A stretch of DNA of 63,785 nt, the filler included. It is 4 parts of 4 records of this genome, joined end to end, with 100 filler letters (N's around TTAATTAATTAA, not from the genome) between each part and the next. Parts side by side here need not be neighbours in the genome. Positions count along the whole stretch, not along the records: positions 15,832 to 43,340 come from SRR31156797_15299; 3 more parts are not named here. One strand, written 5' to 3'. Positions within the stretch are counted from its first letter, which is position 1; each line of letters starts with the position of its first letter. The notes below the pieces were generated by a model that made no database searches, was not told the origin of the DNA, and worked only from the letters and a program-made list of their open reading frames with translations. This document shows, one piece after another, positions 21,926 through 32,991 of the stretch. The translations under genes and the position numbers were made by a program.

Positions 21926-22792
21926 TTACTTTTTCTTGTCGTAAACATACCAATATGCAGTTCCAACAAATAATGCTCCGCCAACAATATTACCTAAAGT
22001 TGCCGGAATTAAGTTTTTCACAACAAAATCGAACCAGCTAATATCAGCTCCATGAAAAATGGCTACCGGTATAAAAAACATGTTTGCTACGCAGTGTTCA
22101 AATCCCATTGCAACAAATGCCATCACAGGGAACCAAATGCCCAAAACCTTACTAGCAATATCTTTTGATGCGTAAGCCAACCACATTGCCAAAGCTACCA
22201 TCCAGTTACATGCTATTCCTTTTAAAAAAGTTTTGTAAAATGGATTCGATGTTTTTGCAATTGCGATATTAATAGCAGAATCTACCGATGGAGAATTCAT
22301 TAAGGCTCCTGTTAGATATACTAAAAAATAGGCAACGATAAGTGAACCTATAAAGTTACCAAAGTATACAATTCCCCAGTTTTTTAAAGGTACTTTGAAA
22401 GACATCCTTTTGGACAATACTGAAGGAATAAAATAGGCTGTATTGCCTGTAAATAGCTCTGCTCCAGCAACTGCACACAAAATTAACCCTAAAGGAAAAA
22501 CGGCTCCAAAAAAGAATTTTTGCAATCCTGGGTTCGATGCTGCCATACCTGGCATAGCGCCACCAACTACTAAAGCCAAAAGACTACCCATTGCAATATA
22601 ACCACCAGCCAATAATGCCAAAACAAATGTTTTTTTCGAAGGCATTACTTTTTTAGCTTCAGCAGTATGATTTACAACCTCAACAGTTTCGGATGGAGAA
22701 TTAAAAGCATTTTGATCCTTTACAGAAACTTCGATTTTTGATTTTGCTACCTCAACAATTTCATTGATATCTTGATACGACATTGTACTCAA
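21926..22792 (-). CDS. focA: formate/nitrite transporter (FocA)
   Basis: GAELFTGN, KGIACNWMV, GFEHCVANMF, LGNIVGG; in the pfl operon. Confidence 0.9.
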   Translation of the reverse strand: MSTMSYQDINEIVEVAKSKIEVSVKDQNAFNSPSETVEVVNHTAEAKKVMPSKKTFVLALLAGGYIAMGSLLALVVGGAMPGMAASNPGLQKFFFGAVFPLGLILCAVAGAELFTGNTAYFIPSVLSKRMSFKVPLKNWGIVYFGNFIGSLIVAYFLVYLTGALMNSPSVDSAINIAIAKTSNPFYKTFLKGIACNWMVALAMWLAYASKDIASKVLGIWFPVMAFVAMGFEHCVANMFFIPVAIFHGADISWFDFVVKNLIPATLGNIVGGALFVGTAYWYVYDKKK

Positions 22793-22855
22793 TTAATAAC
22801 TAACAATTAATAATTGAAGGAATAAACCTAATTACTAATTATTAATTTGTAATTT

Positions 22856-23581
22856 TTAATTTATGATTACTTCCTTGAAATACTGACTGAAGATTTCTTT
22901 AGCCGCTTCAAGTTGTTCTAATGTGTTTTCAGGAACTCCCTCTAATTTGTATTCCATTTTTAGATGTTCGTATTTGTGAACGCCTAATTTATGGTAAGGC
23001 TGAATTTCCAGTTTCTCGATATTACTGTACTCCTGAAAATGTTTACCCATTTCGTGTAAAAATTCCGGTTGATCAGAATATCCCGGAACCAATACATAAC
23101 GCATCCAAACTTTTACATTTTTATCGCGAAGGTGTTTGGCAAATTTAAGAGTAGTATCGTTACGCTTTCCAGTAATTTTCTGGTGCCAATCGGGATTGAT
23201 GTGTTTGATATCTAGTAATACCAAATCGGTATGTTCCATCAATTCTTTTACATCATCGGTAAGAACATTTCCATTGGTATCGATGCAGGTGTTAAAATCC
23301 TCCTCTTTCAATTGCTTGAAAAGCTTTTTTAATTCTGCAGCTTGCCATAAGGGTTCACCACCCGATATGGTTACACCACCAATGTTTCCAAAGAAAGGTC
23401 GTTGGTTACGAGCTTTTCTCATTATTTCATCCAATGGAGTAGGAGTGCCACCTTTAAAACTAATGGTGTCAGGATTGGCGCAATACAAGCATTTAAAGGC
23501 ACAGCCTTGCAGAAATACGACCAAACGAATTCCCGGTCCATCGTAAGTACCTAATGATTCAAATGAATGAACGTTTAACAT
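22856..23581 (-). CDS. pflA: pyruvate formate-lyase activating enzyme
   Basis: DGPGIR, CAFKCLYC radical SAM motif, SGGEP. Confidence 0.95.
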   Translation of the reverse strand: MLNVHSFESLGTYDGPGIRLVVFLQGCAFKCLYCANPDTISFKGGTPTPLDEIMRKARNQRPFFGNIGGVTISGGEPLWQAAELKKLFKQLKEEDFNTCIDTNGNVLTDDVKELMEHTDLVLLDIKHINPDWHQKITGKRNDTTLKFAKHLRDKNVKVWMRYVLVPGYSDQPEFLHEMGKHFQEYSNIEKLEIQPYHKLGVHKYEHLKMEYKLEGVPENTLEQLEAAKEIFSQYFKEVIIN

Positions 23582-23695
23582 GTTTTTTTATTTAAGTGGG
23601 ATATCAATGTTAAAATTTACATTGATGCAATAAAAAAAGAGTCCGGAAACCTTCAAAGAAAGCTCCGGTACTCTTTATATATAAGTTAAACGATC

Positions 23696-25921
23696 TTACA
23701 TTTTATCGAAGAAACTACGAGAGATCACCTCAAGTTGCTGCTCACGTGTCAAACGTACAAAGTTTACAGCATATCCCGATACACGGATAGTAAGCTGTGG
23801 ATATTCTTCAGGATGCTCCATTGCATCTTCCAACATGGCACGATCCAAAACATTTACGTTCAAGTGATGAGCTCCTTTTACAAAGTAAGCATCCATCATT
23901 GTTACCAGATTTTCCTGACGAGTTTCTGCAGTTGCACCTAATGATTTAGGGACAATTGAGAAAGTGTTAGAAATACCATCCAAAGAATCTTCGTAGTTGA
24001 TTTTTGCTACAGAGTTCAATGATGCAATTGCACCATGAGAATCACGTCCGTGCATTGGGTTCGCACCAGGAGCGAAAGGTACACCAGCGGCTCTACCATC
24101 AGGAGTAGCACCAGTTTTCAAACCATAAACTACGTTAGAAGTAATGGTTAGAATAGACATGGTAGGTTCAGCATCCTTATATGTATGCAATTCTTTCAAT
24201 AAACCATTGAAAAGAGTTGGAATCTCAACAGCAAAACAGTCTACTGCATCATCATCGTTACCATAGAATGGGAAATCACCTTCAATTTTGAAATCGCAAG
24301 TTAAACCTTCTTCGTTACGAACAGCAGTTACCTTAGCATTCTTAATTGCAGATAATGAATCGGCAACAATTGAAAGACCAGCAATACCGTAAGCAAGGTT
24401 GATTGCAGGATTGGTATCCACTAAAGACATTTGAGCCTTCTCGTAGTAATACTTATCGTGCATGTAGTGAATGATGTTCATTGAATCGCTGTAAACACGA
24501 GCCATTTCCTTCATTGCAATCATGTAGTTACTCATTACTTCGTCGTAGTTCAACTCGTCGCTTGACATAGCTGGAATACCTTCGATTAATAGAGTACCTG
24601 TTTTCTCACAACGTCCGCCGTTCAATGCTAAAAGAAGAGTTTTAGCTAAGTTACAACGCGCGCCGAAAAACTGAATTTGCTTTCCAATTTCCTGGTAAGA
24701 AACACAACAAGCGATACCATAATCATCAGACTTACGAGTATCACACATCAATTGGTCATTCTCGTACTGAATTGAAGAAGTATCGATAGAAACCTGAGCA
24801 CAGAATTTCTTGAATCCTTCAGGTAATGTTTCAGACCAAAGAACGGTCATGTTTGGCTCTGGAGATGCTCCAAGAGTGTATAATGTGTTCAAGAAACGGA
24901 AAGAAGTCTTGGTTACCTTAGTTCTTCCGTCAAGAGTGTTACCACCAATCGACTCAGTTACCCAAGTTGGATCACCTGCGAAAATCTCATCGTAAGCATT
25001 CATACGTAGGTGACGAACCATACGCAATTTCATTACGAATTGGTCTAACATTTCCTGAGCAAATTCCTCAGTAATTTCACCTGCTTCAAGATCACGGTTA
25101 ATATAAACATCAAGGAAAGTAGAAACGTTACCTAATGACATAGCAGCTCCATCTTGCTCTTTTACAGCAGCAAGGTATCCCATGTAAACCCACTGGATAG
25201 CTTCTTGTGCAGTTTCAGCTGGACGATTTAATTCCAAACCGTACTTGTCACCAAGCTCTTTAATTTGACCTAAAGCTTTGATTTGCTCTGAAACCTCTTC
25301 ACGAAGACGAATCATTTGATCTGTCATGGTTCCTTGTAAACCATTCAAATCTTCTTTTTTAGCTTCGATCAAACGATCAATACCATAAAGTGCTACACGA
25401 CGGTAATCACCAATGATACGACCACGAGCGTAGTTATCAGGAAGACCTGTAAGAAATCCTAATGAACGAAACTTACGAATTTCGCTTGTATATGCATCAA
25501 AAACACCATCGTTGTGAGTTTTTGCAAAGTTGCGGAAAATGTCTTTTACGCGATCTGATACTTCAAGACCTTGCTCTGTACATGCTTTTTCAACAACAGC
25601 AATACCACCGTAAGGCTTCATTGCTCTGCGAAGTAATTCATCAGCTTGTAATCCAACGATCAATTCTAATGATTTATCGATATAACCAGCTCCGTGAGAA
25701 GCAATGGTTGATACTGTTTCTGTATCGATTGAGCGAACTCCGTTGTTAGCACGTTCTTCTTTAACTGCTTCTTTGCAGATATCCCATAATTTCTTTGTAC
25801 GTTCTGTCGCTTCTGTCAAAAATGAAGAATCTCCGGTGTACGAAGTTAAATTGTTACTAACGAAATCTCTAACGTTAATAGTCTTTTGCCATTCACCGGC
25901 TTTGAATTGCATTTTAGCCAT
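23696..25921 (-). CDS. pflB: pyruvate formate-lyase
   Basis: IACCVS Cys-Cys active site and RVSGYAV glycyl radical motif. Confidence 0.96.
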   Translation of the reverse strand: MAKMQFKAGEWQKTINVRDFVSNNLTSYTGDSSFLTEATERTKKLWDICKEAVKEERANNGVRSIDTETVSTIASHGAGYIDKSLELIVGLQADELLRRAMKPYGGIAVVEKACTEQGLEVSDRVKDIFRNFAKTHNDGVFDAYTSEIRKFRSLGFLTGLPDNYARGRIIGDYRRVALYGIDRLIEAKKEDLNGLQGTMTDQMIRLREEVSEQIKALGQIKELGDKYGLELNRPAETAQEAIQWVYMGYLAAVKEQDGAAMSLGNVSTFLDVYINRDLEAGEITEEFAQEMLDQFVMKLRMVRHLRMNAYDEIFAGDPTWVTESIGGNTLDGRTKVTKTSFRFLNTLYTLGASPEPNMTVLWSETLPEGFKKFCAQVSIDTSSIQYENDQLMCDTRKSDDYGIACCVSYQEIGKQIQFFGARCNLAKTLLLALNGGRCEKTGTLLIEGIPAMSSDELNYDEVMSNYMIAMKEMARVYSDSMNIIHYMHDKYYYEKAQMSLVDTNPAINLAYGIAGLSIVADSLSAIKNAKVTAVRNEEGLTCDFKIEGDFPFYGNDDDAVDCFAVEIPTLFNGLLKELHTYKDAEPTMSILTITSNVVYGLKTGATPDGRAAGVPFAPGANPMHGRDSHGAIASLNSVAKINYEDSLDGISNTFSIVPKSLGATAETRQENLVTMMDAYFVKGAHHLNVNVLDRAMLEDAMEHPEEYPQLTIRVSGYAVNFVRLTREQQLEVISRSFFDKM

Positions 25922-26501
25922 TTTACAATTTATTTTTCAATGGTTGAGTGGAACAAATATTACAGTTGATAAGTTTTGAAATTCAGTAAATATCAAGGCT
26001 GCATAAATTTGCTACGCTGTTAATTTTGGTTTGTTGTAATTTGAAAAGAAGTAAGTTTTTTCATCATAATTCTATTAAAGACAATCAACTCCTTTTTCTT
26101 TCAGCGTGCAAAGGAACGGTTTTCTTTTTTACTGTACAATACCTACAAATAGTGAGTTTTCTAATGCAATCGATATTAGAAGAGGGAAGAGTCTGATAAT
26201 GGAACGCTTATGACTAAGCTTAGATTGTAAGTATATTGAGTTTATTTAGAACAAATCTAAGTAGGGTTATTGCTTGAAGCTACCATTTAAATTTGAAGAA
26301 TTATTTTAACTGGAAAATCAGTAAAAAGTATTTATTATTCCCTAATTACTATAAATGATTGCCTTCGATTATTCTTAATTTTTTATTAAAATTTAATAAG
26401 GTAGAATTAATTGCAGGCGTTTCGTTGGGTATTGGATTGAGATCATTAGGATAAGAAACCTATGAGACGGATTGAGCCCAAAGTGGATTCATGATAATAA
26501 G

Positions 26502-26531
26502 AAAGAGGTTACTAGTTGATAGTAACCTCTT
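26502..26531 (-). terminator. terminator after S8 protease
   Basis: AAGAGGTTACTA-gttga-TAGTAACCTCTT. Confidence 0.75.
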
Positions 26532-26553
26532 AATTTGTAGTTAATTTTACGCC

Positions 26554-29500
26554 TTACTTTTTTACTAATTTTTTAACGATTCCATCTCTTTCTCCTTCAA
26601 GTATTATTAAATACATGCCTGAAGCCAGGTTAGAAATGTTTACTTCAGTTTGGTTACTATTGATTGATACTGTTTTTATTAACTGACCATTTGTGTTCAT
26701 AATTTTTACAATACCTTGATCGTGAACAGTAGTAATTAAGAACAGATTATCAGCAGGATTTGGACTAATTGTCATTAGCTCAACAGCTACTTCATTTCCT
26801 AAATATTCTGATTGTGTAATAGAGCTGAACTGAACACTGTTTGCTGAATTGCTAATGTTAATTGTATAGTCTTCTACTTCACCATAGGAGAATGTTTCAC
26901 ATGCTGTCGCAGCCGCATTATACTTCATGCTTACTCGCATGCGAGTTGTTCCAAGCTTAGCATTTGAAGGAACTGTGAAATCTGCGGATAAAGTTCCACT
27001 ACTACTTGATGACCCATTGACCATTTCTTCGGAAGCATCAAAAGTTCCGTCCTGATTAAAATCTATCCATACGTGCCAGAATTCGGTATAACTTGAACTT
27101 CTGAATCCTGCACTAAAATATATGGTTTGAGAGCTACCAGGAGCTAAATCTGTACTTAATTGTGTGTAATCAGCATAACCGCCATCATTACCTGTACTGT
27201 TGTCAATATTTCCAAGTTGTACCAAATCTATCCATTCCCAGGATGAGTTAGATCCTTCTGAATCACAATAAACAAGACTGGTAGAGTTTGTTGTTACACT
27301 TCCCATAGTTGAATAATTGCTCGATCCTACTGCATTAATCGCACTTACCTGAAATTCATAAGTAGTTTCCTCATTAGCACCTGTATAATTGTAACTGGTA
27401 GAGGAGGTATTGAACGTTGACCAATTACCACCTTGTTCTCTTACCTGAAGATCATAGGAAGTTGCAGTATTCGATTCATTCCAATTTATTGTAAAGGAAT
27501 TAGTGGTTACATTGCTTGCAGATAATCCATCTGGTATAGGAGGGACGGTAGGTGTAGCAGCTTGAATGTTTACAGTATAATCTTCTACCTCTCCATATGA
27601 GAATGATTCACATGAAGTTTGACTTCCATTGTATTTCATACTAACTCTCATTCTTGTACTTCCTGTTGCACTAGAAGGAATGGAGATTGTTCCTGTCACT
27701 GTAGTTTTACTCATAGAGCCAGCATCAAATGCCAACTCATCAGAATCATTGAATATACCATCCTGATTGTAATCAATCCAGATTTTCCAATATTCGTTAT
27801 AAGTAGTGCTTGAAAATGCAGGAGTTAAGGCAATGTCGTAAGTCGTATTGGCTTCTAGGTCTATGGTTTGTGATGTAAAATCAGTATAACCAGCAGCACC
27901 CGAAGAATTTGTAAATGTACCAATTCCTATTTCAGCAATCCATTCATAAGTTGAATTATTACCCTGAGATGTGCAATATTCGATTTGAACATCGGTTGTT
28001 GTTGCAGATCCAATTGCAGAATAATCACTACTTCCTGTAACATTGTTAGAGCGGACCTGATATTCGTAAACAGTAGTTGCTTGCAAACCAGTAAAATTAA
28101 TACTATTTGTAAGCGTATTGTAATCGCTCCATGAACCATTTTCAGGTCTCAGTTGTACATCGTAATCATCTGCTTCGGCTACATTATTCCAACTTAGACT
28201 AAATGAATTTGCCGTGGTATTAGTAGCCGTAAATCCAGATGGAATTGCTGGAATATCCGGTAATGCAAGCGTAGTAACAGTAGCAATAGTTGTGTAAGTA
28301 CTGTTACCAGCACTATTATTTGCTCTTAGTTGATACTCGTAAGTCGTTTCTGCACTTGCATTTGAATAAGTGTAACTGTTCGTTGATGAATTATAGGTCG
28401 ACCAGGTTCCACCACTTTCTCTAATTTGGATATCATAAGAACTTGCTCCACTTGTGGCATCCCAATTAAGCTCAAATGATGTAGCTGTTATGTTGGTAGC
28501 TGTTACATTGGTAGGAGTGTTTGGAGGGTTGCCATCATCTAATGCGGCGAAGGCATTCATTCTTCCACTACCCAATTTTCCAAGGTAAGATGGGATAGTT
28601 GCATCAATATTATCAGTTGTATTTACAAGCTTATTCCAAACTTCTTGAGGAGTTATGTTTCCATAGTTTTTAGAGATTATTAAAGCTGCTACCCCAGAAA
28701 CATGAGGACAAGCCATTGAGGTTCCTTGCATTACACCATATTGATTGTTTGGCAGTGTGGAATGAATCGCAGTTGGATCATTATTAGTAGAAATTAATTC
28801 TCCTCCAGGAGCTGAAATGTCAACCCAAGTATCGTAATTTGAATACCATGCTTTTTCATCTTTACAATTGGTTGCACCAACAGCCAAAGCACTTTCATAA
28901 CATCCCGGATACCATAGTCCTGAATCGTCATCATTACCTGCGGCGATAATTACTAATCCACCATTCATTGCTTCACTTGGACCTCCGGCATTTGCGACAA
29001 AGTAGTCAATTGCATCAAGAACAGCTTGATCATAAACGCCTTTACTACTGTATCCCCAGCTATTTTGTGAGATTACTGCTCCATTATCAGCAGCATAAAT
29101 AAAAGCCTCTTCAAATCCACCATTTGATGAGTTGGTAAAAACGGTACATGACATTAAGCGAACACCGTCGTTTGAACCACTACCACCAGCAACACCAGCA
29201 ACACCAATTCCGTTGTTTGTTTCTGCAGCAACAGTTCCAGCTACGTGAGTTCCATGATCTCCAACCGAAATTGTTCCTGTGTTGTCAACAAAGTTGTAAC
29301 CATAAACATCATCGATATAGCCATTGTTGTCATCATCAATACCATTACCAGCAATTTCGCCAGGGTTAACCCACATGTTTCCTGCTAAATCTTCATGGTC
29401 CCAATCTACACCACCATCTTCAATAGCAACAATTACATTTGAATTACCTGTTTCAATTTCCCATGCTTCAAGTAAACTAATATCAGAGCCAACAGTGCCT

Positions 29501-30057
29501 CCATTCTGTCCTGTGTTCTCATAATGCCATTGATCTGTAAAGCGAGGATCGTTAGGAGCACCGCTTAATGAAGAAGGATTTATGGCATTATCAGCAAGTG
29601 GAGTCACTTCTAATGAATGATTAACTTGCTTGGCTTCTGGTACTCCCTGCGCAATAGAAATTTCAGCAAGATTGCCATAAGAGGAAATCAATTGAGAAAT
29701 TGAAGTTTTTCCATCAAATTCAATTTCATACCAAAGGTGTAGTCCATATTGGCGATGTTTAGCCTCATGCTTTCCAGCTTCACGGAAAACACGTTTCATT
29801 TTTGTGGCAGTAAATTTTCTATTTACCTCATTTACTGCTTCCATGGTTGTAACTACATAACCTAATTGTGGCTGCGCTTTTAGATTTTGTCCTTTATCAA
29901 GTGTGCTTGATAAAGCATCCACTTTTGACAAATAAGTTTTGTCGAATTTTACGCGTATAACTCCTTCATAATTTCCTCTAGAGTCGACACTGCGATTTTG
30001 TGTAATTCCGGTCTGAAATAGAAATATCAAGACCATTAACATAGTAAAATGTCTCAT
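26554..30057 (-). CDS. secreted S8 subtilase with 3 FN3, 2 GEVED domains and T9SS sorting domain
   Basis: AIEDGG (D), HGTHVAG (H), GTSMA (S); YGEVEDY twice; SPNPA...GMYLI...KKLVKK C-terminal domain. Confidence 0.92.
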   Translation of the reverse strand: MRHFTMLMVLIFLFQTGITQNRSVDSRGNYEGVIRVKFDKTYLSKVDALSSTLDKGQNLKAQPQLGYVVTTMEAVNEVNRKFTATKMKRVFREAGKHEAKHRQYGLHLWYEIEFDGKTSISQLISSYGNLAEISIAQGVPEAKQVNHSLEVTPLADNAINPSSLSGAPNDPRFTDQWHYENTGQNGGTVGSDISLLEAWEIETGNSNVIVAIEDGGVDWDHEDLAGNMWVNPGEIAGNGIDDDNNGYIDDVYGYNFVDNTGTISVGDHGTHVAGTVAAETNNGIGVAGVAGGSGSNDGVRLMSCTVFTNSSNGGFEEAFIYAADNGAVISQNSWGYSSKGVYDQAVLDAIDYFVANAGGPSEAMNGGLVIIAAGNDDDSGLWYPGCYESALAVGATNCKDEKAWYSNYDTWVDISAPGGELISTNNDPTAIHSTLPNNQYGVMQGTSMACPHVSGVAALIISKNYGNITPQEVWNKLVNTTDNIDATIPSYLGKLGSGRMNAFAALDDGNPPNTPTNVTATNITATSFELNWDATSGASSYDIQIRESGGTWSTYNSSTNSYTYSNASAETTYEYQLRANNSAGNSTYTTIATVTTLALPDIPAIPSGFTATNTTANSFSLSWNNVAEADDYDVQLRPENGSWSDYNTLTNSINFTGLQATTVYEYQVRSNNVTGSSDYSAIGSATTTDVQIEYCTSQGNNSTYEWIAEIGIGTFTNSSGAAGYTDFTSQTIDLEANTTYDIALTPAFSSTTYNEYWKIWIDYNQDGIFNDSDELAFDAGSMSKTTVTGTISIPSSATGSTRMRVSMKYNGSQTSCESFSYGEVEDYTVNIQAATPTVPPIPDGLSASNVTTNSFTINWNESNTATSYDLQVREQGGNWSTFNTSSTSYNYTGANEETTYEFQVSAINAVGSSNYSTMGSVTTNSTSLVYCDSEGSNSSWEWIDLVQLGNIDNSTGNDGGYADYTQLSTDLAPGSSQTIYFSAGFRSSSYTEFWHVWIDFNQDGTFDASEEMVNGSSSSSGTLSADFTVPSNAKLGTTRMRVSMKYNAAATACETFSYGEVEDYTINISNSANSVQFSSITQSEYLGNEVAVELMTISPNPADNLFLITTVHDQGIVKIMNTNGQLIKTVSINSNQTEVNISNLASGMYLIILEGERDGIVKKLVKK

Positions 30058-30825
30058 AGATAGGTGATTAAAATTATAGATTATAAGTAAATTATGATGG
30101 AATTTATTTCTTTTTTTTCACCAACGAAAATTATTTAATCAGTAATATAAGATATGTTAATCATGAAAAAACACCATTCAATATAGTATCCTAGTAAACA
30201 TTGATAATTTTATTGTGAAAAATATTCGAAAAAAGTAAGCGGTTAAGTATGAGTCGTTTAAATTGATGATAATTTGAACTATTTATACAGTGAAATGATT
30301 GTTTAGTATTGATTTATATTGTGCAGTTGATAGGAGCAAACATTGATAGATAAAGGATTTTAGCTCTCTGTATTTTTTAGTTTTAATATAGATAGGACTA
30401 TGATTTATCCATAAACTTTACTGTTAAGTATGTGAGTAAGCAGATTGTGTTTTTCTTTAGTAATGATATTTCTTCAAAGTACATCTGATTGTGATTAGTA
30501 GTAGAATACAATAGTGTTTATTTGGGAGTGGCACATAATAATTACAGAAGAGAATTTCTTTTTTTAGATCCAGTTTTTCTTTCCAATATCTTTTTGAGTA
30601 ATTGAACTCTATTTGCTTTTTAGAAAAAATGGTTACTTCATATAAATTCACTTCTTAAATAATAAAATTCAGATTGGATTTTGGATAAAACTTGTCTGCA
30701 AAACACTTCATTACCATTCGAAACATTACATTTGTAGGCTAATAAAGAACAGGTTCAATGGATTTTATTTCTTGTAAGTGGATTAAAATGTGTTGTTTAT
30801 ATCAGATTAATTTAACGTATTACTA

Positions 30826-32760
30826 ATGAACTTTCGAAACAAATCCATTATATTTATAGGTTTAGTTATTATTCTTGCCTTTGGTGCTGTAGCTTATTAT
30901 ATTGGCGATAAAATGACCATTACTGCACGTAAAATGAGTGTGGATTTGGCATTGTCGAAAGCACAAAATAGCTTTCTGATTGTTCAGACCGAAATTGAAA
31001 ACAGTTGCAGACAAGCCGAACTTTATACTGATGCAGTTGAAGAGATTGCTTATGGACGTGAATTTCCAGTGATTCATGAGATATTGAGGTCTGATTTAAT
31101 GATCAGTCAAGAAATATCAGCACGATGGTTCATTAGAATGGATAAGGAAAAGAATATTAGTGGCATTGTTTTGGAAAAATTAGGTGATTCGATTGTTGAA
31201 AAACCTACTTCAGCTATTCATGAGAAAATCCTGTGGAATCAAATACGAAACCTGCAAGGGACAATTTTATCACAGCCCTATAAAAATGATCAAGGTAAAG
31301 AGTTGGTTAGCATTTTGACTCCAGTAATTGTTGATTCATACTTGTATGGAATTGTTGGTTTTGATATTGATTTGAGAAAGTTTCAGCAAATTTTTTATGA
31401 TGAAGAATCCTTGGGAAGAGCTTATGTGAGCATCATTTCAAAAAATGGGATTTGCATTACACATCCCGATGAAAATTTGATTGGTAAGCAGATTGGTCAT
31501 CATCAGGATTCCAGTTTTGTGCAATTGGCATTACAGTCGGGAACAGAACAAAAGAAAGAAGTTCAATCCGAATTTTTAAACCTTCCGGTAATGAGGGTTT
31601 ATAAGCCTATTCGAATCGCAAATGGGGGAGATTATTGGCTAATTACTGTAAGCGTTCCTATGTTTAATGTAAAAGAATCTGTACAGGAAATAAGAAACTT
31701 AACGATACTAATTGGGTTGGTATTGGCGCTTTTGTTAATGGTTTTTCTTTATTTTTCCCAACGTCGTTGGCTTTATGAATCAACCAAAAGACGCCGAGCT
31801 GAGAAAAGACATTTGAACGAAGTAAGTAAATTATCATCCATTATGGAGAGTACCGATCAAATAATGATTTTTTCAGTTGGTCGAGATTATAAATATACCA
31901 GTTTTAATACAGTCTATAAAAAGGAGATTCTAAAATTTGAGAATGAGCAAATAAAAGAAGGAAATAGTATTCTGGATACTTACTACGGTGATTTCCGCAT
32001 AAAAATGAAACAATATCTGGATAGAGCATTGGGAGGAGAGCACTTTTTAGTAGAATATCAACGTCATGGAATTGATTATCAGCAAATATTTAATGCCATT
32101 TCGGATACCGAGGGGAATGTTGTTGGAGTGGCTAGTTTTAGATTTGATATTAGTGAAACGATTCAGTTAAGGAAGAAAGCTCTGGATGAAGAGGAGGAGA
32201 AGGTAAAGGCTCAGTTAAAGAATATTAAAAATCAGATCAATCCTCATTTTCTTTTTAATTCCTTGAACTCCTTGTATGCTTTAGTAGATGGAGAACCAAA
32301 GCTAGCTCGGAAATTTATAATGAGCTTATCAAAAGTGTATCGATACCTTCTTGATAGTAACAATAGCAATCTAATTCGTTTGAAACAGGAAATGGATTTT
32401 ATCAAGCAATACGTTTTTTTACAGAAAATTCGTTTTGGCGAGAATCTTATTTTAGAATATGATATTCCCGAAGAGGCACTTCTTTTAAAACTACCTTCGG
32501 TTAGCATACAATCATTGGTCGAAAATGCCATTAAACACAATGTAATTACCAGTGAAAAGCCACTAACTATTCGAATTGTAGTGGATGATGATAATTTTCT
32601 ATGGGTTGAGAATCCTTATCAGCCGCGAACCGATTTGAATAACTCACCGGGTACTGGTCTAAAAACTCTTGATGCACTTTACGCTTTCCTTGGTGATAGA
32701 CAAGCTTATTATGGCATAACAGATGGTAAATTCAAAGTTAAATTGCCCCTTTTTAAATAG
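30826..32760 (+). CDS. LytS-type histidine kinase with Cache sensor domain
   Basis: Two TMs flanking a Cache-like domain; QINPHFLFNSLN, LVENAIKHN, GTGL. Confidence 0.9.
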   Translation: MNFRNKSIIFIGLVIILAFGAVAYYIGDKMTITARKMSVDLALSKAQNSFLIVQTEIENSCRQAELYTDAVEEIAYGREFPVIHEILRSDLMISQEISARWFIRMDKEKNISGIVLEKLGDSIVEKPTSAIHEKILWNQIRNLQGTILSQPYKNDQGKELVSILTPVIVDSYLYGIVGFDIDLRKFQQIFYDEESLGRAYVSIISKNGICITHPDENLIGKQIGHHQDSSFVQLALQSGTEQKKEVQSEFLNLPVMRVYKPIRIANGGDYWLITVSVPMFNVKESVQEIRNLTILIGLVLALLLMVFLYFSQRRWLYESTKRRRAEKRHLNEVSKLSSIMESTDQIMIFSVGRDYKYTSFNTVYKKEILKFENEQIKEGNSILDTYYGDFRIKMKQYLDRALGGEHFLVEYQRHGIDYQQIFNAISDTEGNVVGVASFRFDISETIQLRKKALDEEEEKVKAQLKNIKNQINPHFLFNSLNSLYALVDGEPKLARKFIMSLSKVYRYLLDSNNSNLIRLKQEMDFIKQYVFLQKIRFGENLILEYDIPEEALLLKLPSVSIQSLVENAIKHNVITSEKPLTIRIVVDDDNFLWVENPYQPRTDLNNSPGTGLKTLDALYAFLGDRQAYYGITDGKFKVKLPLFK

Positions 32761-32777
32761 AAATCAAAAGATTTTTC

Positions 32778-32809
32778 AATCGGTATGATTCTTTCATACC
32801 GATTTTTTT
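32778..32809 (+). terminator. terminator after kinase
   Basis: AATCGGTATGA-ttctt-TCATACCGATT followed by a T-run. Confidence 0.8.
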
Positions 32810-32813
32810 GTCA

Positions 32814-32843
32814 TTCACTCCTCAATATTTCGAGTTCACTCCT
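32814..32843 (+). promoter_or_regulatory. probable LytTR binding site
   Basis: TTCACTCCT-N12-TTCACTCCT perfect direct repeat (21-bp period). Confidence 0.7.
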
Positions 32844-32991
32844 TTCTATTTCCTTGCAGATACAAAATAAAACATTTTTGTTCTGAATTGCGGGGAGATT
32901 AAAGCAACCATGCAATTTTCAAATGCAAAATGACATCAGCAAAGGAGCAAAACCTCGTTTTGTTTTATCCTTTGCAAACAAAACACTATAA

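Noticed and set aside
26860-28500. Internal DNA repeats in the subtilase gene as a mobile or diversity-generating element
   Set aside because: Explained by duplicated FN3 and GEVED protein domains. No reverse transcriptase nearby.
30058-30825. Long AT-rich intergenic region and the 64-aa ORF at 30457-30651
   Set aside because: No convincing structure, repeat or protein motif. It looks like a divergent promoter region, with a TACATTTG -7 box near 30727.
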